Below are positions 54,461 through 63,429 of a stretch of 64,000 nt of DNA, one piece after another. The translations under genes were made by a program, and so were the position numbers. The stretch lies in the NCBI GenBank assembly GCA_045576095.1, contig JAZNFP010000045.1, positions 10,391 through 74,390 on the forward strand, in the 5' to 3' direction. Positions within the stretch are counted from its first letter, which is position 1. Every line of letters starts with the position of its first letter. The notes under the pieces are model-generated. The model made no database searches. It saw only the letters and a program-made list of their open reading frames with translations, and was not told the origin of the DNA. This stretch comes from Eubacteriales bacterium (lineage in GTDB: Bacteria; Bacillota; Clostridia; Oscillospirales; CAG-272).

Positions 54461-57400
54461 TCAGGAAAGACCTTCCCGATCTCTTTGTACGCGGCAGATC
54501 GGACGCATCTCGCAATAGGTGCAATTGCTTTCTCCATATGATGAGGGGTGGGCTGAAATATCACCGTTTCGCATTGATTTTGTGCAATCGTTCAAAAGCG
54601 ATCCGATCTCACCGAGAAGTTCTCCCATACGATCGAGCGAGGCAAGATTTTTCAGAGATTCCTTCGAGCAGGAGCCGTCACGGTTGAGCTTGATCGGAAT
54701 GAAACGGCCGCCGAGATCGTGCTCCATTGCGCGCAACACTTCCATATCGTCAAGCAAAAGCCCGTTCTGTCTCGCACCGTCCGAGGCGAGACGGAGCACC
54801 TCGTCCTCGGGAAGCGGCCGTTCGACTCTGACCTCTCCGGTAACCGCGCCCATATACAGCACGCCTGCCGGCAAAATCCGATCGCCCTCCTTGAGTCCCA
54901 GACGCTCGGCGAATGCCGGATTCCTGTTTTTCCAGAGTGCGAACAGGTAAAGCAGCATCTGCAGATTCAGACCGCGTCGCACGTCCCTCAGGCGGAAGGT
55001 CTTGCTTCCAGTCTTATAGTCAATCACGCGAAGATAGACCCTTCCGTCAACCGCGTAGCTGTCGACGCGGTCCACGCTTCCGTAGATGGAGAGCTCGCTC
55101 CCGTCCTCCGAACAAAAAACGAAGGGAGAAGGATCGTTTTCATCCTTACCCCCTATTTTTAACTCAAAAAATCGGGGGGTAAAGTCACTTTGAGAAAATT
55201 CTTCCGCAATATGCCGAATCAAAAGCTTTGAGGAGCGGCGGAGATTTTTCCACAAATTCCGCATTCTCGCGCTTACCTGCTGCCCCTGCCCGACCCTTTC
55301 AAGATAGCGGTCCGAGATCGTTTGGCACAGGGCGTCAAGCTCTGCGTCGCTCTTTGGAATGCGCCCCGCTTGGCTGCTCTGTCGGAAGAATTCCTCAAGC
55401 ATCGTATGCACGTAGCTTCCGATCTCGTTGTTATCAAACTCGGCAAGCTCCTGCGTATGGAGCCGAAGCACGTAGGTACAGAAATGAGAGAAGGGACAGC
55501 GCATGTACCTCTCGATGCGCGACTGCGTAGAGGAAATTTTTTGCGGATAGATCGAGCTCGCCGCGCTGCCCGAAAGGCGCAAACGGTCGTTGACAATCGG
55601 AACGTCAAGGGCATTCAGCCCGATGCACGCCGCACGGTCGTCGGCGAGCGCCGCGCGCAGGGATGGAAAAACCGAGGTGTCCGCAAGCTCGCCGAGACGG
55701 TCAACGGCTCCTCCCACCGTAAAGAGAAGATCGGACGTCGGAAGCTTCTCGACGTTGATGCTTTGGGCAGCATCTCCGAGCATTTCACGAATACGCGCAA
55801 CGGCGGACGACGGACGTCTCGGCGTCAGATCGGTCCCCAGCGATACACTCAGAACCGCCGCCGAGACCGAAGCCGAGGAAAGCGCGCGCAAAAAGAAGAA
55901 CAGCTCGCGCGAGGCTCGAAGATCGCCCCCCTGCCCAATGGAAAGCCCGAGGAAGCGCAGGAGCGTCTTCTCCTGCTCCGTAAAATAGCCGCTTTCCGAA
56001 ACCGATGCGGGGAATTCGCCCTCCACGGCGCCGAGCAGATAAACGAATCTCACACCGTCGGCTCGGAGCATCTCAGCCGAGCCGAAGAGCACCTCGTCCT
56101 CCGAGGCGGGAATCCGTCCGATATCGACCGCCTCGCCGAGCATATGAAACAGCGCGGAAAACTCCTCGGACGTTACCTCACTCTCCGATAGCAGCTCGCA
56201 AAGGGTGTCGAGCGTATCGCATATGATATCCCAAAGTCGATTGAAATGCTCGCTCCGCTCCGTATCTCCCGAGGCAAAAAGCGACTCCGCGCGCTCAAGG
56301 AGACGCTCGGGCAGAGAAAGCGCAAGCAGAAAATCGCACAGCGCCCGGCAGTGCGTCGGGATCGGCGCACGACCGATGCTCGCCCGAAGCGGCTCAAGAG
56401 AGGAGAGCAGCTTTTCCCTTGCCGAGGCGACGAGGGAAAGCATCCGCTCGCCGTGCTCGGTCAGACGCTCTGTATAGCCGTCGGGGTTCATCGTCCACGG
56501 CTTTCCGTCATAAATGCGTTTTCCCGAGAGCCGCCATTTTTCGGTATAAAGCTCAAAGGCGTCTGCCTCCTCTGGCGTCACGCCGCAAAAGCCGCATTTG
56601 ATGTAGGTCAAAACGTCGGAGCGGCGGAAGCCGCCGATACAAACGGCGTAGGCGCTCGAAATCAGCTTCATGGGCTCAAATGCCGAAATATCGATCCGAT
56701 TCGAGGAAAAGCAGGGGATTCCGCTTTTGGCAAGCGCGGTATCGAGAATGCCGCGGTACGCATCGGGGTTCGCCGTAACCACCGCAAAATCACGGTAAAG
56801 TGCCCCCTCACTCTGCACGCGGCGAGCGATATCCTCGGCAATAAAGCGTGCTGCGGAATAGGGGGTCGCGGCATTCACCAGCCGAACGGCTCCGTCGGTC
56901 TCCCCGTCGTAGGCAAGCTGTCCGTATTCCGTGCGCCAGAGGTTCCCTGTAAGAAAGGCAAGCGACGGCGACTCGGTCCGCCGGTTCCCGGAAAGGCGCG
57001 TTACGCGCACAGAAGCTCCGCGGCGCTTCGCCAGGTCCGTCAGACGCTCGCAGCACCCCTCGGGCTCCGCATAGCAGAGCTGTGCCTCTGCATCCTCGGG
57101 GAGCGGGAGCGTCACGGTCACGTCAGCCTGTGCGATCAGCAGATCCAGCACGGCATACTGTTGCTCGGTAAAGCCAGTAAAGCTGTCAAACGCAAGATAC
57201 GCCCCCTTGAAAAAGGGCGTTTCCTTCATCTTGGTACAAAGAACGTCGAGGGCGCTCTCTCCATCGGCAAAGTGCTCGCCGAGAAGCGAGCGGTAAACGC
57301 CGAGAATCAAAGCAAGATCGGCAAGCCGATCCGAAAGCCTGCCGCTTTCGAGCGCCTTCGATGCCGCGTCAAGGTCGGATGCGGAAAGGCAGGATGCCGA

Positions 57401-57775
57401 AAGCTCCTTTGAAGCTCCGAGAATTTTTTGAATCGCCCCCTCTGATCGGTCGCGCTCCGGAACGCGAAGCAGCGGAGCGACCTCGCCGAGCGTACGCCAC
57501 ATCGTTAAAAGCCGTGCGGCAGGCGTTGCATATCGCACGCCGATCCCGCCGAGAGCGCGAAGAACCGAGTCGGCAAGCCGGGTAAAGTTGCTCACCTCAA
57601 AGACGAGGGGGGCAGACGGGGGCAGGATCTGTGCCATACGCCGCTCGATCGAAACGGTTGCCTGCTCGGGTACGACGAGCCAGCTTTTCGATTCGCCTTT
57701 GAGCCGCCCCTGAATTTCACGCTCAAGCAGCGAGGTTTTTCCGCTCCCCGGACCGCCCAAAATCAAATGCAGCAT
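54461..57775 (-). CDS. addB: Helicase-nuclease complex subunit AddB/RexB
   Basis: N-terminal Walker A LILGGPGSGKT. C-terminal RecB-type nuclease (VDRVD, VIDYKTG) bracketed by Fe-S cysteines (CPFSHFC ... CTYCEMRPIC). Confidence 0.9.
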   Translation of the reverse strand: MLHLILGGPGSGKTSLLEREIQGRLKGESKSWLVVPEQATVSIERRMAQILPPSAPLVFEVSNFTRLADSVLRALGGIGVRYATPAARLLTMWRTLGEVAPLLRVPERDRSEGAIQKILGASKELSASCLSASDLDAASKALESGRLSDRLADLALILGVYRSLLGEHFADGESALDVLCTKMKETPFFKGAYLAFDSFTGFTEQQYAVLDLLIAQADVTVTLPLPEDAEAQLCYAEPEGCCERLTDLAKRRGASVRVTRLSGNRRTESPSLAFLTGNLWRTEYGQLAYDGETDGAVRLVNAATPYSAARFIAEDIARRVQSEGALYRDFAVVTANPDAYRGILDTALAKSGIPCFSSNRIDISAFEPMKLISSAYAVCIGGFRRSDVLTYIKCGFCGVTPEEADAFELYTEKWRLSGKRIYDGKPWTMNPDGYTERLTEHGERMLSLVASAREKLLSSLEPLRASIGRAPIPTHCRALCDFLLALSLPERLLERAESLFASGDTERSEHFNRLWDIICDTLDTLCELLSESEVTSEEFSALFHMLGEAVDIGRIPASEDEVLFGSAEMLRADGVRFVYLLGAVEGEFPASVSESGYFTEQEKTLLRFLGLSIGQGGDLRASRELFFFLRALSSASVSAAVLSVSLGTDLTPRRPSSAVARIREMLGDAAQSINVEKLPTSDLLFTVGGAVDRLGELADTSVFPSLRAALADDRAACIGLNALDVPIVNDRLRLSGSAASSIYPQKISSTQSRIERYMRCPFSHFCTYVLRLHTQELAEFDNNEIGSYVHTMLEEFFRQSSQAGRIPKSDAELDALCQTISDRYLERVGQGQQVSARMRNLWKNLRRSSKLLIRHIAEEFSQSDFTPRFFELKIGGKDENDPSPFVFCSEDGSELSIYGSVDRVDSYAVDGRVYLRVIDYKTGSKTFRLRDVRRGLNLQMLLYLFALWKNRNPAFAERLGLKEGDRILPAGVLYMGAVTGEVRVERPLPEDEVLRLASDGARQNGLLLDDMEVLRAMEHDLGGRFIPIKLNRDGSCSKESLKNLASLDRMGELLGEIGSLLNDCTKSMRNGDISAHPSSYGESNCTYCEMRPICRVQRDREGLS

Positions 57776-57835
57776 GGCCTTGGCACACTCCTTTCTTTTC
57801 CGTTTTTCAAATGCTTCCCGAGCTAAGGTCGGGGG

Positions 57836-58381
57836 TCAGAGCTCAAGGCGATAGCCGCCTCGGGTTGAGATGATCGAAAGCCCCGCGCTTTTCAGGCGCT
57901 GTCTCAAATGCGAGACCGTCACGCGGAGAAGATTGATATTCAGAGGCTTCCCCTCCCAGATGCGAAAAAAGAGGCTCGGACAGTCGATCTCGGCTCCATC
58001 CGCGAAAAACAGCTCGGACAAGAGTCGGTATTCGGTATCCGAAAGATGATACTCACCGCTCCCCGTCACAAGGCTGAGCTGCTCCGGAACAAGATGCGGC
58101 TCCACCGCGCATTCCTTCTCGGGAAGCAACCTCGCCATCAGCGAACGGTCGGTGAAAGGGCGCTTCAGGTCGGGGGTTCCGCTTCTTCCAATCGTCAAAC
58201 GCTGCATTGAGTCGGGAATTCTCACGTCTTCACCAAGACTGTCAAGATCAAGAACGACAAGATCGGTATCGGGAAGCCTTCGTGCGTTTTCCTGCACGAC
58301 GAGATTCGCTCTTTCAAAGAGCAGCGCTCGAAAATACTCAGCGGTAACCTCGTCGCGCGTCAAAAGACAAATCCGTCTCAT
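57836..58381 (-). CDS. Atypical response-regulator-like protein: short degenerate receiver plus OmpR/PhoB-type winged helix
   Basis: C-terminus LSDTEYRLLSELF...LRVTVSHLRQRLK...GGYRLEL is Trans_reg_C-like. The ~90-aa N-terminus keeps LVVLDLD and a K-P-F element but is shorter than a canonical REC domain. Its ATG overlaps the glf stop (ATGA). Confidence 0.75.
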   Translation of the reverse strand: MRRICLLTRDEVTAEYFRALLFERANLVVQENARRLPDTDLVVLDLDSLGEDVRIPDSMQRLTIGRSGTPDLKRPFTDRSLMARLLPEKECAVEPHLVPEQLSLVTGSGEYHLSDTEYRLLSELFFADGAEIDCPSLFFRIWEGKPLNINLLRVTVSHLRQRLKSAGLSIISTRGGYRLEL

Positions 58382-59493
58382 CGAACGTGCTCCCTCTTTG
58401 CACGATCGGCAGCCGCAAGGGCGGCTGACACGACCTTATGCATGTCGTAATAGCGATACTCTCCGAGCCGTCCGCCGAAGATGACGTTCTTCTCCCTTTT
58501 GGCAAGCGCCGCATATTTCTCGTATATCCTGCCGTTCTCCTCGTCATTGATCGGGTAATAGGGCTCGTCGCCCGGGCGCCACTCGGCGGGATACTCTCGG
58601 GTAATGACGGTTTTGTCTCCGCCGCCGAACACGAAATGCTTATGCTCAATGATACGGGTATAGGGAATCTCCCTCTCGGTATAGTTGACGACGGCGTTCC
58701 CCTGATAGTTGTCAATCGAAAGGACCTCGCTCTCAAACCGAAGACTGCGATAGCCGAGCGTTCCGAAGCGGTTTTCGTAAAAGGCGTCAATCATTCCGGT
58801 AAAGACCACCGTTTCGGCAAGAGAGGTCAGCGCACCGCGATCGGCAAAGAAGTCGGTATGGAGGCGCACCTCAATACCGCTGAGCATCCGACGGACCATC
58901 TCGGTATAGCCCTCCGTGGGGATGCCCTGCAGGAGGTCGGAGAAATAGTTATTGTCGTAGGTAAAGCGGAGCGGAATCCGTCGGATGATGAAGGCGGGAA
59001 GCTCCTTGGCGCTTCTTCCCCATTGCTTTTCGGTATAGCCTCGCACAAGCCTCTCGTAGATGTCGGGGCCGACGAGAGCAAGCGCCTGCTCCTCAAGATT
59101 GGCAGGGGAATCGGTCAGATAGGGCGCACGCTCACGCTCAATACGCGCCCTTGCCTCGCTCGGGGTTCGAACGCCCCAAAGCGCATAAAAGGTATTCATA
59201 TTGAAGGGGAGGTTGTAAAGCTCGTCCTTGTAAACGGCAACGGGCGAGTTGGTATAGCGGTTAAAGGTGGCAAAGCGACTGACGTACTCCCATACGCGGC
59301 GATCGTCGGTATGGAAGATATGCGCGCCGTATTTGTGAACCTCAATCCCCTCAACGGTTTCGGTATAAATATTGCCGGCAATATGATCTCGCCGATCAAT
59401 AACAAGGCATCTTTTCCCCGCGTCGGTCATCTCGCGCGCAAACACAGCGCCGAACAACCCTGCACCGACGATCAGATAATCGTACTGCTTCAT
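58378..59493 (-). CDS. glf: UDP-galactopyranose mutase
   Basis: YDYLIVGAGLFGAVFA, NIYTETVEGIEVHKYGAHIFHT, GRLGEYRYYDMH. The RBS AAGGAG overlaps the end of the WYL gene. Confidence 0.93.
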   Translation of the reverse strand: MKQYDYLIVGAGLFGAVFAREMTDAGKRCLVIDRRDHIAGNIYTETVEGIEVHKYGAHIFHTDDRRVWEYVSRFATFNRYTNSPVAVYKDELYNLPFNMNTFYALWGVRTPSEARARIERERAPYLTDSPANLEEQALALVGPDIYERLVRGYTEKQWGRSAKELPAFIIRRIPLRFTYDNNYFSDLLQGIPTEGYTEMVRRMLSGIEVRLHTDFFADRGALTSLAETVVFTGMIDAFYENRFGTLGYRSLRFESEVLSIDNYQGNAVVNYTEREIPYTRIIEHKHFVFGGGDKTVITREYPAEWRPGDEPYYPINDEENGRIYEKYAALAKREKNVIFGGRLGEYRYYDMHKVVSAALAAADRAKREHVR

Positions 59494-59503
59494 GACGTTC
59501 TCC

Positions 59504-60508
59504 TTACGACTCACCGTGTGAGTCGAGTATTTTTTGAGCAAGCTCGCGCAGCTCATCTCGCACCGAATCGGGCGCAAGAACCCTCACGCGCGAACCGAAC
59601 TGCATCACCCAGGACAAAAACACGGGGGAGACGCGAACCTTCACCGAAACGCGGAAGGTATCGGCGTCGTCACCGTCGGAAAGGAAGGGCAGCTCCTCAC
59701 CGAAGCGATCAACGATCACGCCGGCAAGAGAGCGGTCGACCGAGAGCAAAACCGCCGTTTCCTCTCCTCCGAATTTTCCGAACAGCTCGTTTTCGTAGGC
59801 TGCGGGGCTTTGACAGATGCGCTCCCAGAGCTCCCCGCCCTGCCGCTCGCTCTTCTCCCGTCGGATCTTTCGCATCTTATCGACACGGTAGTGCCGAAGC
59901 GAGGCGCTCTCGCCGTCGTAGGCAAGCAAATAGTAGAACTCGTTATCCCAGGAAAGTATACAGGGACTGACCTCATACCGCTTTCCGCCGTGACGCGCCT
60001 CGAGCCTGTGCTCGGGGGTCCAGTCGTAGTATAGGAAGGAAATCCGAGAGTCCCCAAGGATCGCCGCATGAATCACGTCCACCGTATAAAGCAGCTCGGC
60101 ATTCTCGCTTTTCACCCGTCCCGACACGTAGACCGAGCGCCCGAGATGCTTCTCCCCGTGGCGCGAGGTCTGAGCGAGGAGCTTTTGGATCAACGCACAG
60201 CTTCTTGACTCGGAAATGAATCGAGATGACTGCACGGCATCAATCAAAAGCTTCAGCTCGGCACTCTCAAACTCGCGGGCGCCGATGAAATATCCGCCGC
60301 CCTTCCCTCGGTTTGAGAGCAAATCAACCCCTGCATCGGCAAGCGCGTGCAGATCGTCCATCACGGTTTTTCGGTTGGCAGGCATTCCGATCGCCTCAAG
60401 GTGCCGCTCGATCTCGGCAACGGTTAAGGGATGCTCCTCATCGCTCTCTCGCATAAGATAGCGATAGAGGAAAAGGATCCGTGTCTTCTGGTTCGCGCTC
60501 TTCGGCAT
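59504..60508 (-). CDS. HTH plus WYL-domain transcriptional regulator
   Basis: N-terminal wHTH (RILFLYRYLMRESDEEHPLTVAEI...). Central WYL-type beta segment (ISFLYYDW...YEVSPCILSWDNEFYYLLAYD...RHYRVDKM). C-terminal WCX-like extension. Confidence 0.85.
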   Translation of the reverse strand: MPKSANQKTRILFLYRYLMRESDEEHPLTVAEIERHLEAIGMPANRKTVMDDLHALADAGVDLLSNRGKGGGYFIGAREFESAELKLLIDAVQSSRFISESRSCALIQKLLAQTSRHGEKHLGRSVYVSGRVKSENAELLYTVDVIHAAILGDSRISFLYYDWTPEHRLEARHGGKRYEVSPCILSWDNEFYYLLAYDGESASLRHYRVDKMRKIRREKSERQGGELWERICQSPAAYENELFGKFGGEETAVLLSVDRSLAGVIVDRFGEELPFLSDGDDADTFRVSVKVRVSPVFLSWVMQFGSRVRVLAPDSVRDELRELAQKILDSHGES

Positions 60509-60682
60509 AGCTCCCCTTCCTTTGTTCCGACTTTTTTCCAATTTCTATTATATCAAAACAAAAGAGAAAAGTAAAGGGCTGAGATTTTAGATTTCTCTTC
60601 CTTTTTTTAAAAAAGTATGCTATAATAACCGTGGTAATTTTGAAGATATGCCCGAAAAAGCGGTTCGGGCGAAAGGAAGCTT

Positions 60683-61372
60683 ATGTCGAGAACCAAACGA
60701 ATTTCGATTTTCCTTCTGTTTTTTTTCGCCGCCGAGGCGTTTCTCGGAGCATTCGGATATCTGACGGCGTATTTGCAGATGAACGATACGGTCGGTGTGC
60801 TTGCAACGGTCAGTTATATTCTTCAACAGTTTTTAGCGAGCTTCCCGATTTTTTTTGCGATCGGAGTCGCCTTTTCGCGCGCTCGTGAAAGGGGGGTTCC
60901 CTCGGCTCTCGCCGTGCTTGCCGTTCTGCTCCCCTTTGCACTTGTATATCAAACGGCGCTGACCTTCCTCGATTACTATTTTCTGCAAAACGATCTGTTC
61001 GGTACGAGCCTTCTGATTGGGCTTTTGAACGGACTGTTCGCGGGAATTTTAACGAACACCGTTCTGTTTGCGTTGCTTTTCCTCATCCCGTATTTTCTCT
61101 TCTTGCGAGAAAAGCAAATGGAGAATCCCGACGGAATCTACGCCCCCCTCTCGGCGATGCTCATTCTCGTCCTTTACGGTCTGCTTGAAGAAACCGCTGC
61201 CCTGCTCTCACATCTTTCGGAGAATTTCTGGATTGTGTACCCCTCCGAGATCCTCTCCTTCGTCCTCTTCTGCCTGCTTCGGGTCGGCATCGCCGCCTTT
61301 GGATTTTTCATCATTCGTCTGACCGAGAAACGACACCTTAGCAAAAAGAGCGCTGCCGAACGCCTGCCATAA
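60683..61372 (+). CDS. Hypothetical multi-pass membrane protein
   Basis: Six or seven hydrophobic helices. RBS AAAGGAAG. Confidence 0.6.
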   Translation: MSRTKRISIFLLFFFAAEAFLGAFGYLTAYLQMNDTVGVLATVSYILQQFLASFPIFFAIGVAFSRARERGVPSALAVLAVLLPFALVYQTALTFLDYYFLQNDLFGTSLLIGLLNGLFAGILTNTVLFALLFLIPYFLFLREKQMENPDGIYAPLSAMLILVLYGLLEETAALLSHLSENFWIVYPSEILSFVLFCLLRVGIAAFGFFIIRLTEKRHLSKKSAAERLP

Positions 61373-61588
61373 AGCACGCCAACGAAATAGGATAGGTTAT
61401 TCCAATAAAAAGTGGCTGCTTCCTTTCGGCATAACCAAACGAAAAACAAAGAAGACAGGTGCTGCGCGTGGAGTGAACCCAAGGTCAAGAAAAAAAGGAG
61501 CTTTTTAAAAGAGCAAACGGTATACAGCCTTTTCATGGGCATCCTTTTAGATATCGTTTTTTCCAAAGCGTTCGGTGGAATTTTAACA

Positions 61589-61768
61589 ATGGACGGAAAC
61601 AAGCCTATCCGAAAAATGACATACTTTTCGGGGATTTCCTTTTGGATTATTCCTGCCCTGATCCTTCTCGTTGCATATTTTGTGTTTGACGCTAAAAAAA
61701 AGAAGGAAGAAAAGGAAATGCTCTTAAGTATTACGCAAAAGGAATACGCCGAAGAAAGGCAAAAATAA
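61589..61768 (+). CDS. Possible small single-TM protein (start uncertain)
   Basis: One TM helix (ISFWIIPALILLVAYFVF) then a Lys/Glu-rich tail, followed by a terminator. No convincing RBS. Confidence 0.3.
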   Translation: MDGNKPIRKMTYFSGISFWIIPALILLVAYFVFDAKKKKEEKEMLLSITQKEYAEERQK

Positions 61769-61792
61769 TTTCGCCATTGACAAAGAAAATTA

Positions 61793-61837
61793 TAAAAAAA
61801 GGGACGAGGAATTTCGGCAATTCTTCGTCCTTTTCCT
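61793..61837. terminator. Bidirectional terminator
   Basis: GGACGAGGAATT (61802-61813) pairs with AATTCTTCGTCC (61819-61830), with one G-U wobble. A-run upstream and T-run downstream. Confidence 0.75.
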
Positions 61838-61917
61838 GTCGGTTGGAAAATTTCTATTCAATTTCAAGAATTGTCCTTAAAAGGACCTGCCTTTGCAGAA
61901 CATTTTTTGACGGGCCA

Positions 61918-62448
61918 TTATCGGTACGTCCTTGTATCCTTCTCGGGGAGCTGCTTGCAGCCGAGGTAGGAGGTAAAAAAGGAGACGATGCGGCGGCGCT
62001 TGGAAAGGGCGACGCGCAAAGCCGAAAGGCTCATCCAAAGGGCGATGGCAAGCGAGGGAACGAGCGGCAAAAGAAAGCTGTCGCCGCCGATAAGCAGGCT
62101 GATGCCGAGCACCGCACCGTACAGCAGAGCGAGAAGCGTCAGGCGAGCGGCACCTGCCAAAAGCAAGCCATAAAGAATGGAGAAAAGCCGTCTTTTTCCG
62201 ACTTCTGTTTTTTGAATCGATCCCGAAATTTGAGTTGTTCCGTTGGCTTGCTCGGATACCGTCGCGACAAAATCGGTTGCCGCCGCCTCGTCACGGGCGG
62301 CACCGACGCGGATGCGAAGCGTTCCATTGCCCGAGGGCAAGAGCGAAAGATGCTCGCGTACATCACGGTGCATCCGGTTATATTCCTCCATGCGCTCGGG
62401 CAACACTCCCTGCATCGTTTGAAGATCGGTCAATGCCTCGAATTTCAT
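61918..62448 (-). CDS. Hypothetical protein with a soluble N-domain and two C-terminal TM helices
   Basis: ORF with a terminator downstream. No recognisable family. Confidence 0.55.
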   Translation of the reverse strand: MKFEALTDLQTMQGVLPERMEEYNRMHRDVREHLSLLPSGNGTLRIRVGAARDEAAATDFVATVSEQANGTTQISGSIQKTEVGKRRLFSILYGLLLAGAARLTLLALLYGAVLGISLLIGGDSFLLPLVPSLAIALWMSLSALRVALSKRRRIVSFFTSYLGCKQLPEKDTRTYR

Positions 62449-62485
62449 AGTTTCATCCTTTATTTATTTATATATACGGTATATA

Positions 62486-63100
62486 TCAACGCAGAATCAT
62501 AAAGAGCAAAAGTGTCAGAAAGGAAAGCACGCCGCTGCCCGCGCCCGCCGCGGCAAGATAGGTCAGAAGCCGAATCTTCTCCTGCATTTTTTCAAAGCGG
62601 TCGGAGAGGATGCGCGTGTTTTCTCCCTGATGCTCGGCAATCTCTCGAACCTCGTTGCGGAGCAGATGATGGGATCGAACGACGACCTCGCGCAGCTCGC
62701 GCTCCTCCCTTTGCGTCAGCTTGGTCTCCTCGGCGTCCTTCTCTCCTCGGATCGTACGCCGAATGGCGTCCATAGGGGAAAGCGGCTCCTGCTTTTTCGG
62801 AGCATCCCCGACAAAAGGCTTCCCCTCAGACTTCTCCGTCGGCGTGGGAACGACCGTCAGCGTATCGAGATGACGGCAATACTCCTCAAGATGCGCATAC
62901 CCCTCGGCGGTAATTCCGCGAGCGATGAGAGGCGCCCGTCTGGCGCGCAGATGCTCGATATGCGAGCCAACGCTCTGCTCGTTCAGAAAGGGGGCGATCT
63001 TCTGCCGGCAGCTGTAGCAAAAGGCGCGCTCAGTACCGCCCCAAAGCTCATCGGTCTCATTAAAGAAGGTCAGACGGCATCCGCAATTGACGCAATTCAT
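62486..63100 (-). CDS. Zinc-ribbon / coiled-coil / tail-anchored membrane protein, function unknown
   Basis: N-terminal CVNCGC...CYSCRQK zinc-ribbon motif, a charged helical middle, and a C-terminal TM helix (AAAGAGSGVLSFLTLLLFMIL). Confidence 0.6.
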   Translation of the reverse strand: MNCVNCGCRLTFFNETDELWGGTERAFCYSCRQKIAPFLNEQSVGSHIEHLRARRAPLIARGITAEGYAHLEEYCRHLDTLTVVPTPTEKSEGKPFVGDAPKKQEPLSPMDAIRRTIRGEKDAEETKLTQREERELREVVVRSHHLLRNEVREIAEHQGENTRILSDRFEKMQEKIRLLTYLAAAGAGSGVLSFLTLLLFMILR

Positions 63101-63313
63101 ATTCCTCTTTACTCCTTTTCACGCTCGGTCCAAGCCGAAAATCGACGCCCGAAGGGACGCTCAAAAACGCTACAGGGCGTTTTTTCTGTCTTCTATTTTA
63201 CCACACTTGACGGCGCTTGTCAATCTATCCGACGCGAGTTTTCTTGCTGTCTCGGCGTTTCTCCGAGGGTCCCGAAGCAGCCGCCTCGACAAAAATGGAC
63301 ACAAATTACGATA

Positions 63314-63329
63314 ACACAATATATAGTGT
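63314..63329 (+). promoter_or_regulatory. NrdR box 1 upstream of nrdD
   Basis: ACACAATATATAGTGT, a near-perfect 16-bp palindrome matching the published NrdR-box consensus (acaCwAtATaTwGtgt). Confidence 0.75.
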
Positions 63330-63345
63330 TTCGCAAAATAAAAAA

Positions 63346-63361
63346 TAACGATATTTTGTGT
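63346..63361 (+). promoter_or_regulatory. NrdR box 2 (degenerate)
   Basis: TAACGATATTTTGTGT lies 32 bp downstream of box 1, about three helical turns, which is the usual tandem-box spacing. Confidence 0.5.
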
Positions 63362-63370
63362 TTTTTCCGC

Positions 63371-63399
63371 TTGACACGGCACAAGACTTATGATATAAT
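63371..63399 (+). promoter_or_regulatory. Consensus SigA promoter of nrdD with extended -10
   Basis: TTGACA (63371-63376), 17-bp spacer, TGaTATAAT (-10 at 63394-63399). Confidence 0.7.
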
Positions 63400-63429
63400 C
63401 AAGGCACTAAGCATTGAAGGAGACTACCC

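Noticed and set aside
58438-59970. 510-aa plus-strand ORF spanning glf and the WYL gene
   Set aside because: It is antisense to two well-supported genes and crosses their junction. Its C-terminus is Arg/Pro-rich junk.
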